Origin: a virus | Strand: one strand, 5' to 3' | DNA: 40,339 nt | IMG/VR virus record: IMGVR_UViG_3300024989_000002 | Part shown: positions 6,585 through 15,378 of the stretch, in pieces | How positions within the stretch are numbered: the stretch's first letter is position 1 | Layout: every line of letters starts with the position of its first letter | Position numbers and translations under genes: made by a program | The notes under the pieces: generated by a model | What the model was told of the DNA's origin: nothing | The model's input: the letters and a program-made list of their open reading frames with translations, nothing else | Databases searched by the model: none

Positions 6585-6972
6585 AGTGGCGCACCTCTCG
6601 ACGGGCGAGATCGTCGAGTACGAACCGGCCTCCCCGCTCGAGCTGGAGCAGATGATCCGGGAGATCGGTGACCGGCTCGAGCGGGCGGTGCCCGTGATCC
6701 GTGGACTGTGGGCGGATCGGTACGCCGCGGAGCGGAAGTTCATCGAGGAGCGCGCGAAGGCCGTGATGCGGTCCGCCGAGCCGACGGTGACTCGGCAACG
6801 GGCCGAGGCGGATCTCGCGGCGATGCCCTTCAAGCACGAGTTCGACAACGCGAAGGAGATCTTGCATGCGGCTGAGGAGCTGCAGCGGGCGCTCACCGCG
6901 AAGTTGAACGGCTATCTCAATCTGAACCGCGCTCTCACGAGCGCGTACATCGCGAGCGGAGCGAGCCGATGA
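6577..6972 (+). CDS. Hypothetical protein, 131 aa
   Basis: GTG start after GGGGAGGTGG, overlapping the ERF stop; helical composition. Confidence 0.55.
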   Translation: MSEVAHLSTGEIVEYEPASPLELEQMIREIGDRLERAVPVIRGLWADRYAAERKFIEERAKAVMRSAEPTVTRQRAEADLAAMPFKHEFDNAKEILHAAEELQRALTAKLNGYLNLNRALTSAYIASGASR

Positions 6973-7115
6973 GCGACCGCCTACGCGTCATGAAGTCCCG
7001 GAAACCCGGCGACCGCCCCTGGAAGGTCCGCGCAGGTCGCACCGTGCTCGGCGCGTTCCCGACCGGTCCCGACGCGCTCCGATTCGTCCGCCGCCTCATC
7101 GCGGCGGCGCAGTGA
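6969..7115 (+). CDS. Small basic protein, 48 aa (below the track cutoff)
   Basis: ATGA overlap upstream and GTGA overlap downstream. Product MSDRLRVMKSRKPGDRPWKVRAGRTVLGAFPTGPDALRFVRRLIAAAQ. Confidence 0.45.
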   Translation: MSDRLRVMKSRKPGDRPWKVRAGRTVLGAFPTGPDALRFVRRLIAAAQ

Positions 7116-7525
7116 CCACCCCGAAGAAAGGAACCCAGGTGGCAGAGAAGAAGACCCAGGAAGGACCGCCGAGCTTCGCCGCGATGCTCGCCACGATCCG
7201 ACCGTCGACCGACGTCGAGCTCGCGGAGAACCTCGCGAAGCTCATCGAGGAGGTGAAGGCGACGGGCAAGAAGGGCACGCTCAGCGTCGTCTTCGAGGTG
7301 AAGCCCGTCAACGGCGGTGACCGTCTGGTCATCGTGAACGACGCGTTGAAGCTCCGTCTCCCCGAACGAACCCGCGAGGGCACGACCGCGTTCGTCACCG
7401 ACGACAACGGTCTCTCGCGCAGCGACCCGACCAGCAGCCCCCTGTTCACCGACGACGACATTCGCGATGCCGGCGCGAACGTCGACCCCCGTACCGGCGA
7501 GATCAAGGAGACCCCGAACGCATGA
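7112..7525 (+). CDS. Hypothetical protein, 137 aa (alternative GTG start at 7139)
   Basis: Normal composition; coupled by ATGA to the downstream gene. Confidence 0.6.
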   Translation: MTTPKKGTQVAEKKTQEGPPSFAAMLATIRPSTDVELAENLAKLIEEVKATGKKGTLSVVFEVKPVNGGDRLVIVNDALKLRLPERTREGTTAFVTDDNGLSRSDPTSSPLFTDDDIRDAGANVDPRTGEIKETPNA

Positions 7526-8406
7526 GCACCACGGAGAAGACCCTGGCGCCGGCCCCGACCGAGGCGGGGGCGATCGCGTCCCTCGCGGACATCGCAGCCG
7601 ATCAGCAGCGCACCCCGATCACGCCTGGCGAGGTGTTCATCGTCCGCGACGGTGACGGTGGCCTGCGTGTCATCGACACCGACGCATACGCTCCGACGCC
7701 CCGGCACATCGCCGCGGCGCGCAGCGTGTCCGACGCGGCATCGTTCTGCGCGTACATCCACCGTCACGGAGGCCCCGGCACGGAGGTGTACGCCCACACG
7801 AACACGTCCAAGGTCGTCGGCATCCTCGACTCCCACCCCGCCTCCACGTCTGACACCGCGGGATGGCAGAAGCACCGCGTGTCCCTCGACCTCGAGAAGA
7901 CGAAGGCGTGGCTCGCGTGGGAGAAGGCCGACGGACACCTGTTCGCGCAGGACGAGTTCGCCGACTTCCTCGACGACCGCTGGTCCGACGTGCTCGAGCC
8001 GGACGCGGGCGTGCTGATCGACATCGCCACCACCTTCCACGCGAAGACGAACGTCGAGTTCAACGGCGGTGTCCGACTCGACTCGGGCGACGTGAAGCTC
8101 ACGTTCGAGGAGAAGACGACCGCGAAGGCCGGCCAGAAGGGCGACATCGAGATCCCGAAGAAGATCAAGCTCGGCCTGAAGCCCTACGTCGGCGGCCCGA
8201 CCTACGCGATCTGGGCGCACTTCCGCTACCGGCTCCGCGGCGGCCAGGTGCTCCTCGGCTTCAAGCTCGAGCGCCCAGAGAACACCCTCGAGGCCGCGTT
8301 CGCCGACATCGTCACGGACATCCGTGAGGGCCGGAAGAACGGCGACGAGGTCGTGCACGAGGGCATCGGGGAGATCCCGATCTTCGCGGGCAAGCCCTCC
8401 GCCTGA
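7522..8406 (+). CDS. DUF2303 (YfdQ-like) family phage protein, 294 aa
   Basis: The length and the segment WLAWEKADGHLFAQDEFADFLDDRWSDVLEPDAGVLIDIATTFHAKTNVEFNGGVRLDSGDVKLTFEE resemble my recollection of the family. Not verified. Confidence 0.55.
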   Translation: MSTTEKTLAPAPTEAGAIASLADIAADQQRTPITPGEVFIVRDGDGGLRVIDTDAYAPTPRHIAAARSVSDAASFCAYIHRHGGPGTEVYAHTNTSKVVGILDSHPASTSDTAGWQKHRVSLDLEKTKAWLAWEKADGHLFAQDEFADFLDDRWSDVLEPDAGVLIDIATTFHAKTNVEFNGGVRLDSGDVKLTFEEKTTAKAGQKGDIEIPKKIKLGLKPYVGGPTYAIWAHFRYRLRGGQVLLGFKLERPENTLEAAFADIVTDIREGRKNGDEVVHEGIGEIPIFAGKPSA

Positions 8407-8447
8407 TCCGTCCGGTCGGCGTCCCCCATCGTCGACCGAACGAAAAC

Positions 8448-8480
8448 GGGGGCCGAGCTGATTGCAGCAGCTCGGCCCCC
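8448..8480 (+). terminator. 13-bp perfect GC hairpin after the DUF2303-like gene
   Basis: GGGGGCCGAGCTG (8448-8460), loop attgcag, CAGCTCGGCCCCC (8468-8480). No U-tract follows, which is common for actinobacterial terminators. Confidence 0.5.
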
Positions 8481-8513
8481 TCCACCCACCACCGCCTCTA
8501 GCAGGAGTCCAGC

Positions 8514-8963
8514 GTGAGCATTCCCATGATGCCCCCTCAGGCATCCCCCACACCCTTCCGCGGCGTCGCGTTCATCGTCCGCGGCACCCCAGCCCCGCAG
8601 GGCTCGAAGCATGCGTACGTCGTCGGCAACCGCGCCCGTGTCGTCGAAGACAGCAAGATGTCCGCCCCGTGGCGGGACAGCGTCGCCGCGGCCGCCGCGG
8701 ACGCGATGAACGGTGCGTCCCCGATCGACGTACCCGTGACCGTCACCATCACCTTCTTCTTCGCCCGCCCCCAGTCGGTGAAGCGCCCGCTGCCGTCAGT
8801 GCGACCCGACATCGACAAGCTCGCCCGAGCGGTGCTCGACGGCCTCACCGCCGGCGGCGTGTACACCGACGACTCCCGCGTCGTCGACCTCCACGCGAAG
8901 AAGCGCTACCGGGACGTCCCGGGCGCCGAGGTCACCGTGACTGCCGCGGAGGTGGCTTCTTGA
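8514..8963 (+). CDS. rusA: RusA-family Holliday junction resolvase, 149 aa
   Basis: FIVRGTPAPQGSKH ... RPDIDKLARAVLDGLTAGGVYTDDSRVV matches the RusA Asp-rich motif. GTG start after AGGAG. Confidence 0.8.
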   Translation: MSIPMMPPQASPTPFRGVAFIVRGTPAPQGSKHAYVVGNRARVVEDSKMSAPWRDSVAAAAADAMNGASPIDVPVTVTITFFFARPQSVKRPLPSVRPDIDKLARAVLDGLTAGGVYTDDSRVVDLHAKKRYRDVPGAEVTVTAAEVAS

Positions 8964-9439
8964 CGACCCTGTATGTCGCGGGTCCCATGACCGGCCTTCC
9001 CGACTTCAACTATCCAGCCTTCCGTGCCGCTGCAACCGAGCTACGGGACGCGGGATACGTCGTCGAGGACCCATCCACCAACACCAACCCGACTCCCGAC
9101 GACTACCACGGCTGGCTTCGTGCGGGGCTCGCGCAGCTCATCACCTGCGACGGCGTGGCAATTCTCGACGGATGGGAAGCATCCGGCGGGGCCCGACTGG
9201 AGGTGAACGTCGCGGCGACGCTCGGCATGAGGGTGCGCCCCGTACACGAGTGGGTCACGGAGGCGCAGGCCGATCCCGAGCGGGAGTTCCCTGACCGCCC
9301 CGAACGCGTGAAGTGCCGCGGGTGCGGCTCGTTCGACACGCACCGAATCGGTATCGGGTCGCGTCTCATCGCGATCGACGACGCCATCGATTACGAGAAC
9401 TGGCAGTGCATCGACTGCGGTCGGGAGTGGGAACGATGA
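8960..9439 (+). CDS. DUF4406-like (nucleoside 2-deoxyribosyltransferase-fold) domain fused to a C-terminal zinc ribbon, 159 aa
   Basis: LYVAGPMTGLPDFNYPAFRAAATELRDAGYVVEDP...CDGVAILDGWEASGGARLEVNVAATLG, followed by CRGCG...CIDCG. TTG start (TTGA overlap) 6 nt after GGAGGT. Confidence 0.65.
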   Translation: MTTLYVAGPMTGLPDFNYPAFRAAATELRDAGYVVEDPSTNTNPTPDDYHGWLRAGLAQLITCDGVAILDGWEASGGARLEVNVAATLGMRVRPVHEWVTEAQADPEREFPDRPERVKCRGCGSFDTHRIGIGSRLIAIDDAIDYENWQCIDCGREWER

Positions 9440-10131
9440 GCCTCTACTACGAAGACGAGTACATCGAGCTCCACCATGGCGACTGCCGTGCGGTCCGCGG
9501 ATGGACTCGGGCAGACGTCCTCGTGACGGACCCGCCCTACGGAATGAACTTCCAGTCCAACCACAGAAGGTCCGGCAAGTTCACCCGAATCGTCGGCGAC
9601 GACGACGCGTCACTTCGCGACGCGGTACTCGAGCTGTGGCCAGACCATCGACCAGCAATCGTCTTCGGTCGCTGGTCTGTTGCGGCTCCCGTCGGAGAGC
9701 GTCAGCGCGTCATCTGGTTCAAGTCCGGAGGCGGACCCGGCATGGGCGACCTGCGTCTGCCCTGGGGGCCCGCCCACGAGGACATCCATGTCCTAGGTGA
9801 TGGCTGGGATGTGGCAGCGACCGGGAAGAAGCGGACGGGCAGCGTGATCGTCACGTCGCGCGGCCGGGGGGGGTCCAGCGGCGACGAGAACGCGTTCGGT
9901 CACCCCACCCCAAAGCCGGTATCACTCATGGAGGATCTCATTTCGAGCTGCCCTCCTGGGGTGATCGCGGACCCGTTCGCGGGTTCAGGTGCAACGCTCA
10001 TCGCGGCGCGAAACCTCGGCCGCCGCGCTATCGGGGTCGAACTCGAGGAGCGCTACTGCGAAGCAATCGTGCGCAGGCTGTCGCAGCAGGCGTTCGACTT
10101 CTCCGCGCTCGAGTCGGGTGCGGGCCAATGA
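9436..10131 (+). CDS. Beta-class amino DNA methyltransferase (DPPY; N6-adenine more likely than N4-cytosine), 231 aa
   Basis: Motif IV (TDPPYG) precedes motif I (DPFAGSGATLIAA). ATGA overlap upstream. No adjacent restriction endonuclease was recognised. Confidence 0.88.
   Translation: MSLYYEDEYIELHHGDCRAVRGWTRADVLVTDPPYGMNFQSNHRRSGKFTRIVGDDDASLRDAVLELWPDHRPAIVFGRWSVAAPVGERQRVIWFKSGGGPGMGDLRLPWGPAHEDIHVLGDGWDVAATGKKRTGSVIVTSRGRGGSSGDENAFGHPTPKPVSLMEDLISSCPPGVIADPFAGSGATLIAARNLGRRAIGVELEERYCEAIVRRLSQQAFDFSALESGAGQ
9866..9873 (+). repeat. G8 homopolymer inside the methyltransferase ORF
   Basis: ccGGGGGGGGtcc, encoding R-G-G, lies between motif IV and motif I. Confidence 0.95.
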
Positions 10132-10219
10132 TGCGCGCCGGCCGTCGGCGTCCTCCACGCGCCGCCGGCGACCGCGGCCTCGCCGTCGCCGCGTTCCTCA
10201 CCGGAGAGCAGGCCGCCGC

Positions 10220-10609
10220 ATGAGCGCCGCGCACCCTCCGGTGGACGTGAAGCGCGCCGTCATCCGTCGGGATGGCGGGTTCTGCCTCCTTGCCCTGCAC
10301 CGCTGCCAGGGAGAGGCGACGACGACCGATCATCGCGCGAACCGTGGCATGGGCGGATCGCGACTCCTCAACGACCCTGTGAACCTGATCGCCGCGTGCG
10401 GGATCTGCAACGGCGACAAGGCGGACGCGACCTCGCTGGTGCTCCTCGAGCTGGAGGAGCGGGGCTTGTGGGTGCGTCCCGCGGCGACCCACGAGAAGAC
10501 GTTGGTGCGTGCACGTGAGACGCCCGTGGAGGCGTTGGACGGCACCCGGTGGTTCCTGCTGTCGGCGACGGAGCGGATCACCGTGGCGGAAGCGATGGGG
10601 GCGCGCTGA
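10220..10609 (+). CDS. HNH endonuclease, 129 aa
   Basis: VIRRDGGFCL...TTDHRANRGMGGSRLLNDPVNLIAACGICNGDK. Confidence 0.8.
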   Translation: MSAAHPPVDVKRAVIRRDGGFCLLALHRCQGEATTTDHRANRGMGGSRLLNDPVNLIAACGICNGDKADATSLVLLELEERGLWVRPAATHEKTLVRARETPVEALDGTRWFLLSATERITVAEAMGAR

Positions 10610-10655
10610 TGCCGGAACTGGAAGTCAACGACAACACCAACGAGAGGAGCGCGTG

Positions 10656-11355
10656 ATGGCTGTCACCAAGCGCACACGGTTCGAGATTCTGCGACGCGAC
10701 GGGTACCGCTGCTACTACTGCGGCGTCCGCGGAAACGAAACGGGCAGCGGACTCACGATCGACCACGTCACGCCCGTCGCCTTGGGCGGCAGTGACGACG
10801 CCACGAACTTGGTCAGCGCGTGCGCTGACTGCAACGCGGGTAAGTCGTCCGTCCCAGCCGATGCGGCGACGGTTGCGGACATCGACCGCAAGGCCGCCGA
10901 GTACGCCCACGCTCGCACGATAGCGCTGCGTGCGCTCGACGCCGATCTTGATGCGGAGGCTGAGTACCTCACGGGAATGTGGGATGCGTGGGACGCTGCC
11001 GCGCCGTCTTACTCGAAGGGGTCAGCGCCTGGCGAGATCGAATCGTTCGCCTCGGATTGGTTCCGACGCGGTGTGCCGCTGCGAGTCGTGGAGAAGGCAT
11101 TCACGATCGCCTGGGCCGGTCCCGCGCGGCCTAACCAGAAGGTGAAGTACGCGGGCGGCGTGGTCAACAACATGATGGCCGGCGCAGAGGACCGCACCCG
11201 CTCGATGGTGGCCGGCGACTCGGTCGTCTTCGGCAGCGGGTATGACGCCGGGTGGGCGGACGGTGTCGCCTTCGCTGGGCTGCTCACTGACGAGCGCGAC
11301 CTGGTCGCGCTGCACGTCGACGGCCGGAAGAACGAGTTCTGGCGGGTGATGTCCA

Positions 11356-11366
<11 letters not shown>
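10656..11366 (+). CDS. HNH endonuclease domain fused to a C-terminal helical domain, 236 aa
   Basis: ILRRDGYRCYYCG...TIDHVTPVALGGSDDATNLVSACADCNAGK. The C-terminal segment PLRVVEKAFTIAWAG...KYAGGVVNN loosely recalls DnaD/replisome-organizer C-terminal motifs. GAGAGGAG lies 6 nt upstream of the start. Confidence 0.8.
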
Positions 11367-12083
<717 letters not shown>

Positions 12084-12087
<4 letters not shown>

Positions 12088-12287
12088 TCGCGGAGCGAGA
12101 GCCGGACGAGACCGAACAGAGCCTCGAGCTCTACATCGCCGCGTGCCGGGAGCGGTACGCCTTCGACCGCGAGTATCGCGCGCGCCTGCAACGCGAGCTG
12201 TTCGACACCGACGCTCACCGATCCATCCAAGCAACCCTCGAGGCCGTCCGATTCGAGACGGCAATGAAACGAAAGGCAGCAGCATGA
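12084..12287 (+). CDS. Hypothetical protein, 67 aa
   Basis: GTGA overlap upstream, ATGA overlap downstream; normal charged-helical composition. Confidence 0.6.
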
Positions 12288-12778
12288 CCGGAGAAACAAC
12301 CATCACCGTCGTGGGCAACCTCACGGCCGACCCCGAGCTGCGCTACACGCAGAACGGGCTGCCCGTCGCGAACTTCACCATCGCGTCGACCCCCCGCACG
12401 TTCGACCGTCAGGCGAACGAGTGGAAGGACGGCGAGGCCCTGTTCCTGCGTGCGTCGGTCTGGCGTGAGTTCGCCGAGCACGTGGCGGGCTCGCTGACGA
12501 AGGGGTCCCGTGTCATTGCGACCGGACGTCTGCGTCAGCGCTCCTACCAGGACCGCGACGGTCAGACGCGGGTGAGTGTCGAACTCGAGGTGGACGAGAT
12601 CGGCCCGAGCCTCCGCTACGCGACCGCGCAGGTGACACGCGCGGCCTCCACGGGCGGCCCGGGAGGCCGGCCGCACGCGCCCGCGACTGAGGAGCCGTGG
12701 GCGACGCCTTCGAGCGCTCCTGCGGGCGAGTGGGCCACGCCGGAACCGACCGCCTACGGCGACGAGGTCCCGTTCTGA
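12284..12778 (+). CDS. ssb: Single-stranded DNA-binding protein, 164 aa
   Basis: [32 protein letters not shown]...[35 protein letters not shown], with an acidic C-terminal tail ending DEVPF. Confidence 0.95.
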   Translation: MTGETTITVVGNLTADPELRYTQNGLPVANFTIASTPRTFDRQANEWKDGEALFLRASVWREFAEHVAGSLTKGSRVIATGRLRQRSYQDRDGQTRVSVELEVDEIGPSLRYATAQVTRAASTGGPGGRPHAPATEEPWATPSSAPAGEWATPEPTAYGDEVPF

Positions 12779-13233
12779 TGCGCATTCTGACTGTTCGGCA
12801 GCCGTGGGCGTGGGCGATCATCCACGGCGGGAAGGATGTCGAGAACCGCACCCGCAACATCGCCGGCTCCTACCGCGGGCCTGTCGCGATCCATGTCTCC
12901 GGCAGGTTCGCCGAGGACGTTGACAGTCCCGCTCTCGACGACGCGACGGAGCGTTGGCACGACCAGCCTGAGGCGGACTGCAATCGGCATCCATGGCGAT
13001 TGAACGTCGGCAAGACCATCGGCCTCGTCGACCTCGTCGACGTGCACCAGGGCGCGGATTGCTGGGATACGCCGTCCTTCTGCTCACCGTGGGCGGATGG
13101 CCCATGGCACCTCTCGCTCGCGAACCCGCGGCCACTCATCGAGCCGATCCCGTTCAAGGGCGCTCTCGGCCTCCGTCACCTCGATGACGACACCACAGCG
13201 CGGATTCTCGCGCAGATCGGAGACCCCACGTGA
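12778..13233 (+). CDS. ASCH-domain protein, 151 aa
   Basis: [25 protein letters not shown]...GPVAIHVS matches the ASCH/PUA-like N-terminal pattern. Confidence 0.7.
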   Translation: MRILTVRQPWAWAIIHGGKDVENRTRNIAGSYRGPVAIHVSGRFAEDVDSPALDDATERWHDQPEADCNRHPWRLNVGKTIGLVDLVDVHQGADCWDTPSFCSPWADGPWHLSLANPRPLIEPIPFKGALGLRHLDDDTTARILAQIGDPT

Positions 13234-13952
13234 CGATCATCTGCATCACCAACACGCCCATCCCGGGGATGCGGCCGTGCACAGTCCGAGACGAGCACAA
13301 GATCACGTGCCCGGACCGCGACGTGAACCGCGCCCTCGCCAGCCACGTACACGGCGAGGCACCCGACCCGACGTGCGGCGGGTGCCTCCCGAGGCTCGCG
13401 CACCGCGGCTACCTCTGCCAGGGGTGCTTCGCTCGCCTCGAGAGCGTGTACGCGGGTTGGGAACGGTTCGCGCGCACGATCCAGGGCGTGGACCGTGCCG
13501 TGCAACGCGACAACGCGGGCGTCCGCACCCGCCCGGAGGGGCACATCCCGATCCCGTTGACGTCGCTGTCGGTCGACGAGTGCTGGGGGTTCCTCGCGTC
13601 GTTCACACAACGCTCCCTCGACGAGTGGGTGTCGACGCCGGCGGGCGCGGCGGACGCGGTCCAGTTCACCCGCGCCGCGCAGCGCGCGTACCGCGACCAC
13701 CCTGTGGAGGAAGCGGAGACGGAGCTTCGACGGGTCCGGTGCCCGTCGTGCAAGCAGCTCACCCTCACCCGCCGGCCGCCCGCAACCGACGGGCAGCTCG
13801 TGACCGTGAAGTGCCAGAACACGGCCTGCGGACACACCATCCGTGAGGGCGAGGAAGCGCTCTCGTATGTCCCCGACCCGACGGAGGGGTGGCGGCCCGT
13901 GCGGGTCGAGAAGCTCGCCGTCATCCGCCGAATCGAAAGGAACGCATCATGA
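13230..13952 (+). CDS. Cys-rich protein with two zinc-ribbon-like modules, 240 aa
   Basis: CGGC...CQGC and CPSC...CQNTAC; GTGA overlap upstream. Confidence 0.6.
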   Translation: MTIICITNTPIPGMRPCTVRDEHKITCPDRDVNRALASHVHGEAPDPTCGGCLPRLAHRGYLCQGCFARLESVYAGWERFARTIQGVDRAVQRDNAGVRTRPEGHIPIPLTSLSVDECWGFLASFTQRSLDEWVSTPAGAADAVQFTRAAQRAYRDHPVEEAETELRRVRCPSCKQLTLTRRPPATDGQLVTVKCQNTACGHTIREGEEALSYVPDPTEGWRPVRVEKLAVIRRIERNAS

Positions 13953-14197
13953 CCGAGCGTCTCGCGAAGTTCCACGTCCGCGTGCACGCGTCGAACCGGC
14001 ACGCCGGTTACGGAAGGCCCTACACGGTGATCGCGGCGACGAGGCAGGAAGCCGTGAACCGCGCCGTCGACCTCGGATGGGGCGGTCACCCAAGCGACGC
14101 TCGCGTGACGATCGACCGCATCGAGGACATCGACCCGCGCGAGTGTCCTCACGCCACCGAATCACCCGACCACACGGATGGGAGCCGAGGTGAGTGA
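13949..14197 (+). CDS. Hypothetical protein, 82 aa
   Basis: ATGA overlap upstream. The C-terminus ...ESPDHTDGSRGE is encoded by the shared junction repeat. Confidence 0.6.
   Translation: MTERLAKFHVRVHASNRHAGYGRPYTVIAATRQEAVNRAVDLGWGGHPSDARVTIDRIEDIDPRECPHATESPDHTDGSRGE
14162..14181 (+). repeat. Junction repeat A (20 bp, identical to 14655-14674)
   Basis: tcacccgaccacacggatgg is read in the same frame (SPDHTDG) in both copies and contains an ATG. Confidence 0.95.
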
Positions 14198-14690
14198 TCT
14201 GCGCATCGTGCCCGTCGATCTGAAAGACGCTCGCGCGTTCGTCGCCGCGCATCACCGCCACAACGAACCGCCGATCGGGCACAAGTTCAGCGTCGGCGTA
14301 GCGTCCGGTGACCAGCTGGTAGGCGTGGCGATCGTCGGACGCCCGGTGTCGCGGGTGATCCAGTCGCAGGGCGCGACGCTCGAAGTGATCCGCACGGCCA
14401 CGGACGGCACCCGCAACGCGAACAGCATGCTCTACGGCGCTGCACGCCGCGCCGCGTTCGCGCTCGGCTACGACCGGCTCATCACGTACACGCAGGCCGA
14501 CGAAGGTGGCGCGAGCCTTCACGCGGCTGGTTTCCGCGTCGTCGCTCAGCGCCCGCCTCGCCCCGGCTGGGACACGCCCTCACGACCGCGCACGAACAGG
14601 GCCGACAACGTGCCGCGCGTGCTCTGGGAGTCGGTCACCCATTCGACCGATCCGTCACCCGACCACACGGATGGTGGCCGGGATGCCTAG
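14178..14690 (+). CDS. GNAT-fold-like protein of the XF1762 type, 170 aa (alternative GTG start at 14190)
   Basis: ARAFVAAHHRHNEPPIGHKFSVGV...LVGVAIVGRPVSR...LEVIRTATDGTRNANSMLYGAARRAAFALGYDRLITYT...GGASLHAAGF matches my recollection of the family. Not verified. Confidence 0.6.
   Translation: MGAEVSDLRIVPVDLKDARAFVAAHHRHNEPPIGHKFSVGVASGDQLVGVAIVGRPVSRVIQSQGATLEVIRTATDGTRNANSMLYGAARRAAFALGYDRLITYTQADEGGASLHAAGFRVVAQRPPRPGWDTPSRPRTNRADNVPRVLWESVTHSTDPSPDHTDGGRDA
14644..14674 (+). repeat. Junction repeat B (hybrid: its left 17 bp equal repeat C, its right 20 bp equal repeat A)
   Basis: cgaccgatccgtcaccc (14644-14660) is identical to 15785-15801. tcacccgaccacacggatgg (14655-14674) is identical to 14162-14181. 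Confidence 0.95.
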
Positions 14691-15378
14691 GTTGCTCGAT
14701 CTGTTCAGCTGTGCGGGTGGTGCCGGGATGGGCTATCACCGTGCCGGGTTCGAGGTCGTCGGTGTCGACATCGTGCCGCAGCCGCACTACCCGTTCGAGC
14801 ACCACGTTGCCGACGCGCTCGCGTTCGCGGTCGAGCATGGTCGGGAGTTCGACGTGATCCACGCCTCGCCGCCGTGCCAGGTGTACAGCGCATCGGCGAA
14901 CGCGCACGACGTGAAGCATCCCGACCTGCTCGCTCCGACGCGTGAGGTACTGCGATCGCTCGGCGTGCCGTACATCATCGAGAACGTCGAACGCGCGCCC
15001 CTGATCGATCCCGTGCTGCTGTGCGGATCGATGTTCGGCCTACGCGCTCCCGACGTGGATGGGGTCGAGTTGCAGCTACAGCGTCACCGCCTGTTCGAGA
15101 CGTCATTCACAGTCGGTATGGCCCCGGCACCGTGCGCGCACGATGGCGCTCCTGTCGGCGGCTCCTACAAGGGCGCGCGGCGACGCACACCCGAGGATCG
15201 CGACCAGAAGCGGCGCGGCGGCTACACCCCCGCGCTGCCGGTTCGAGCTGCGCTGCTCGGCATCGACTGGATGGACATGCGTGACGAGCACGAACTCGCG
15301 CAGGCAATCCCGCCCGTCTACACCGAATGGCTCGGGGGCCAGGCGCTCACTCACCTCCATGAAAGGACAGCAGCATGA
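14671..15378 (+). CDS. DNA (cytosine-5) methyltransferase, compact phage type, about 231-235 aa (start at 14671 or 14683)
   Basis: Motif I DLFSCAGGAGMGY, motif IV SPPCQ, motif VI ENV, motif VIII QRHRLF, motif X-like AIPPVY. Confidence 0.9.
   Translation: MVAGMPRLLDLFSCAGGAGMGYHRAGFEVVGVDIVPQPHYPFEHHVADALAFAVEHGREFDVIHASPPCQVYSASANAHDVKHPDLLAPTREVLRSLGVPYIIENVERAPLIDPVLLCGSMFGLRAPDVDGVELQLQRHRLFETSFTVGMAPAPCAHDGAPVGGSYKGARRRTPEDRDQKRRGGYTPALPVRAALLGIDWMDMRDEHELAQAIPPVYTEWLGGQALTHLHERTAA

Noticed and set aside
7096-8553. 485-aa minus-strand ORF, and similar long antisense or off-frame ORFs: 18359-20332, 25029-26435, 26680-28056, 28334-29863, 29929-30941 and 30895-32310 on the minus strand, and 27220-28599 on the plus strand
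   Set aside because: These are typical high-GC shadow ORFs. They have Arg/Gly/Pro/Asp-rich low-complexity translations. They lie antisense to or out of frame with genes that have recognisable motifs (DUF2303-like, portal, major tail, tape measure, Dit/Tal-like). They also lack RBS context.
10128-10223. 31-codon ORF (MMRAGRRRPPRAAGDRGLAVAAFLTGEQAAA) bridging the methyltransferase and HNH genes with ATGA overlaps at both ends
   Set aside because: The overlap geometry is suggestive, but the Arg/Ala/Gly/Pro composition is what off-frame high-GC DNA produces and there is no recognisable fold. Treated as probably a non-coding spacer.
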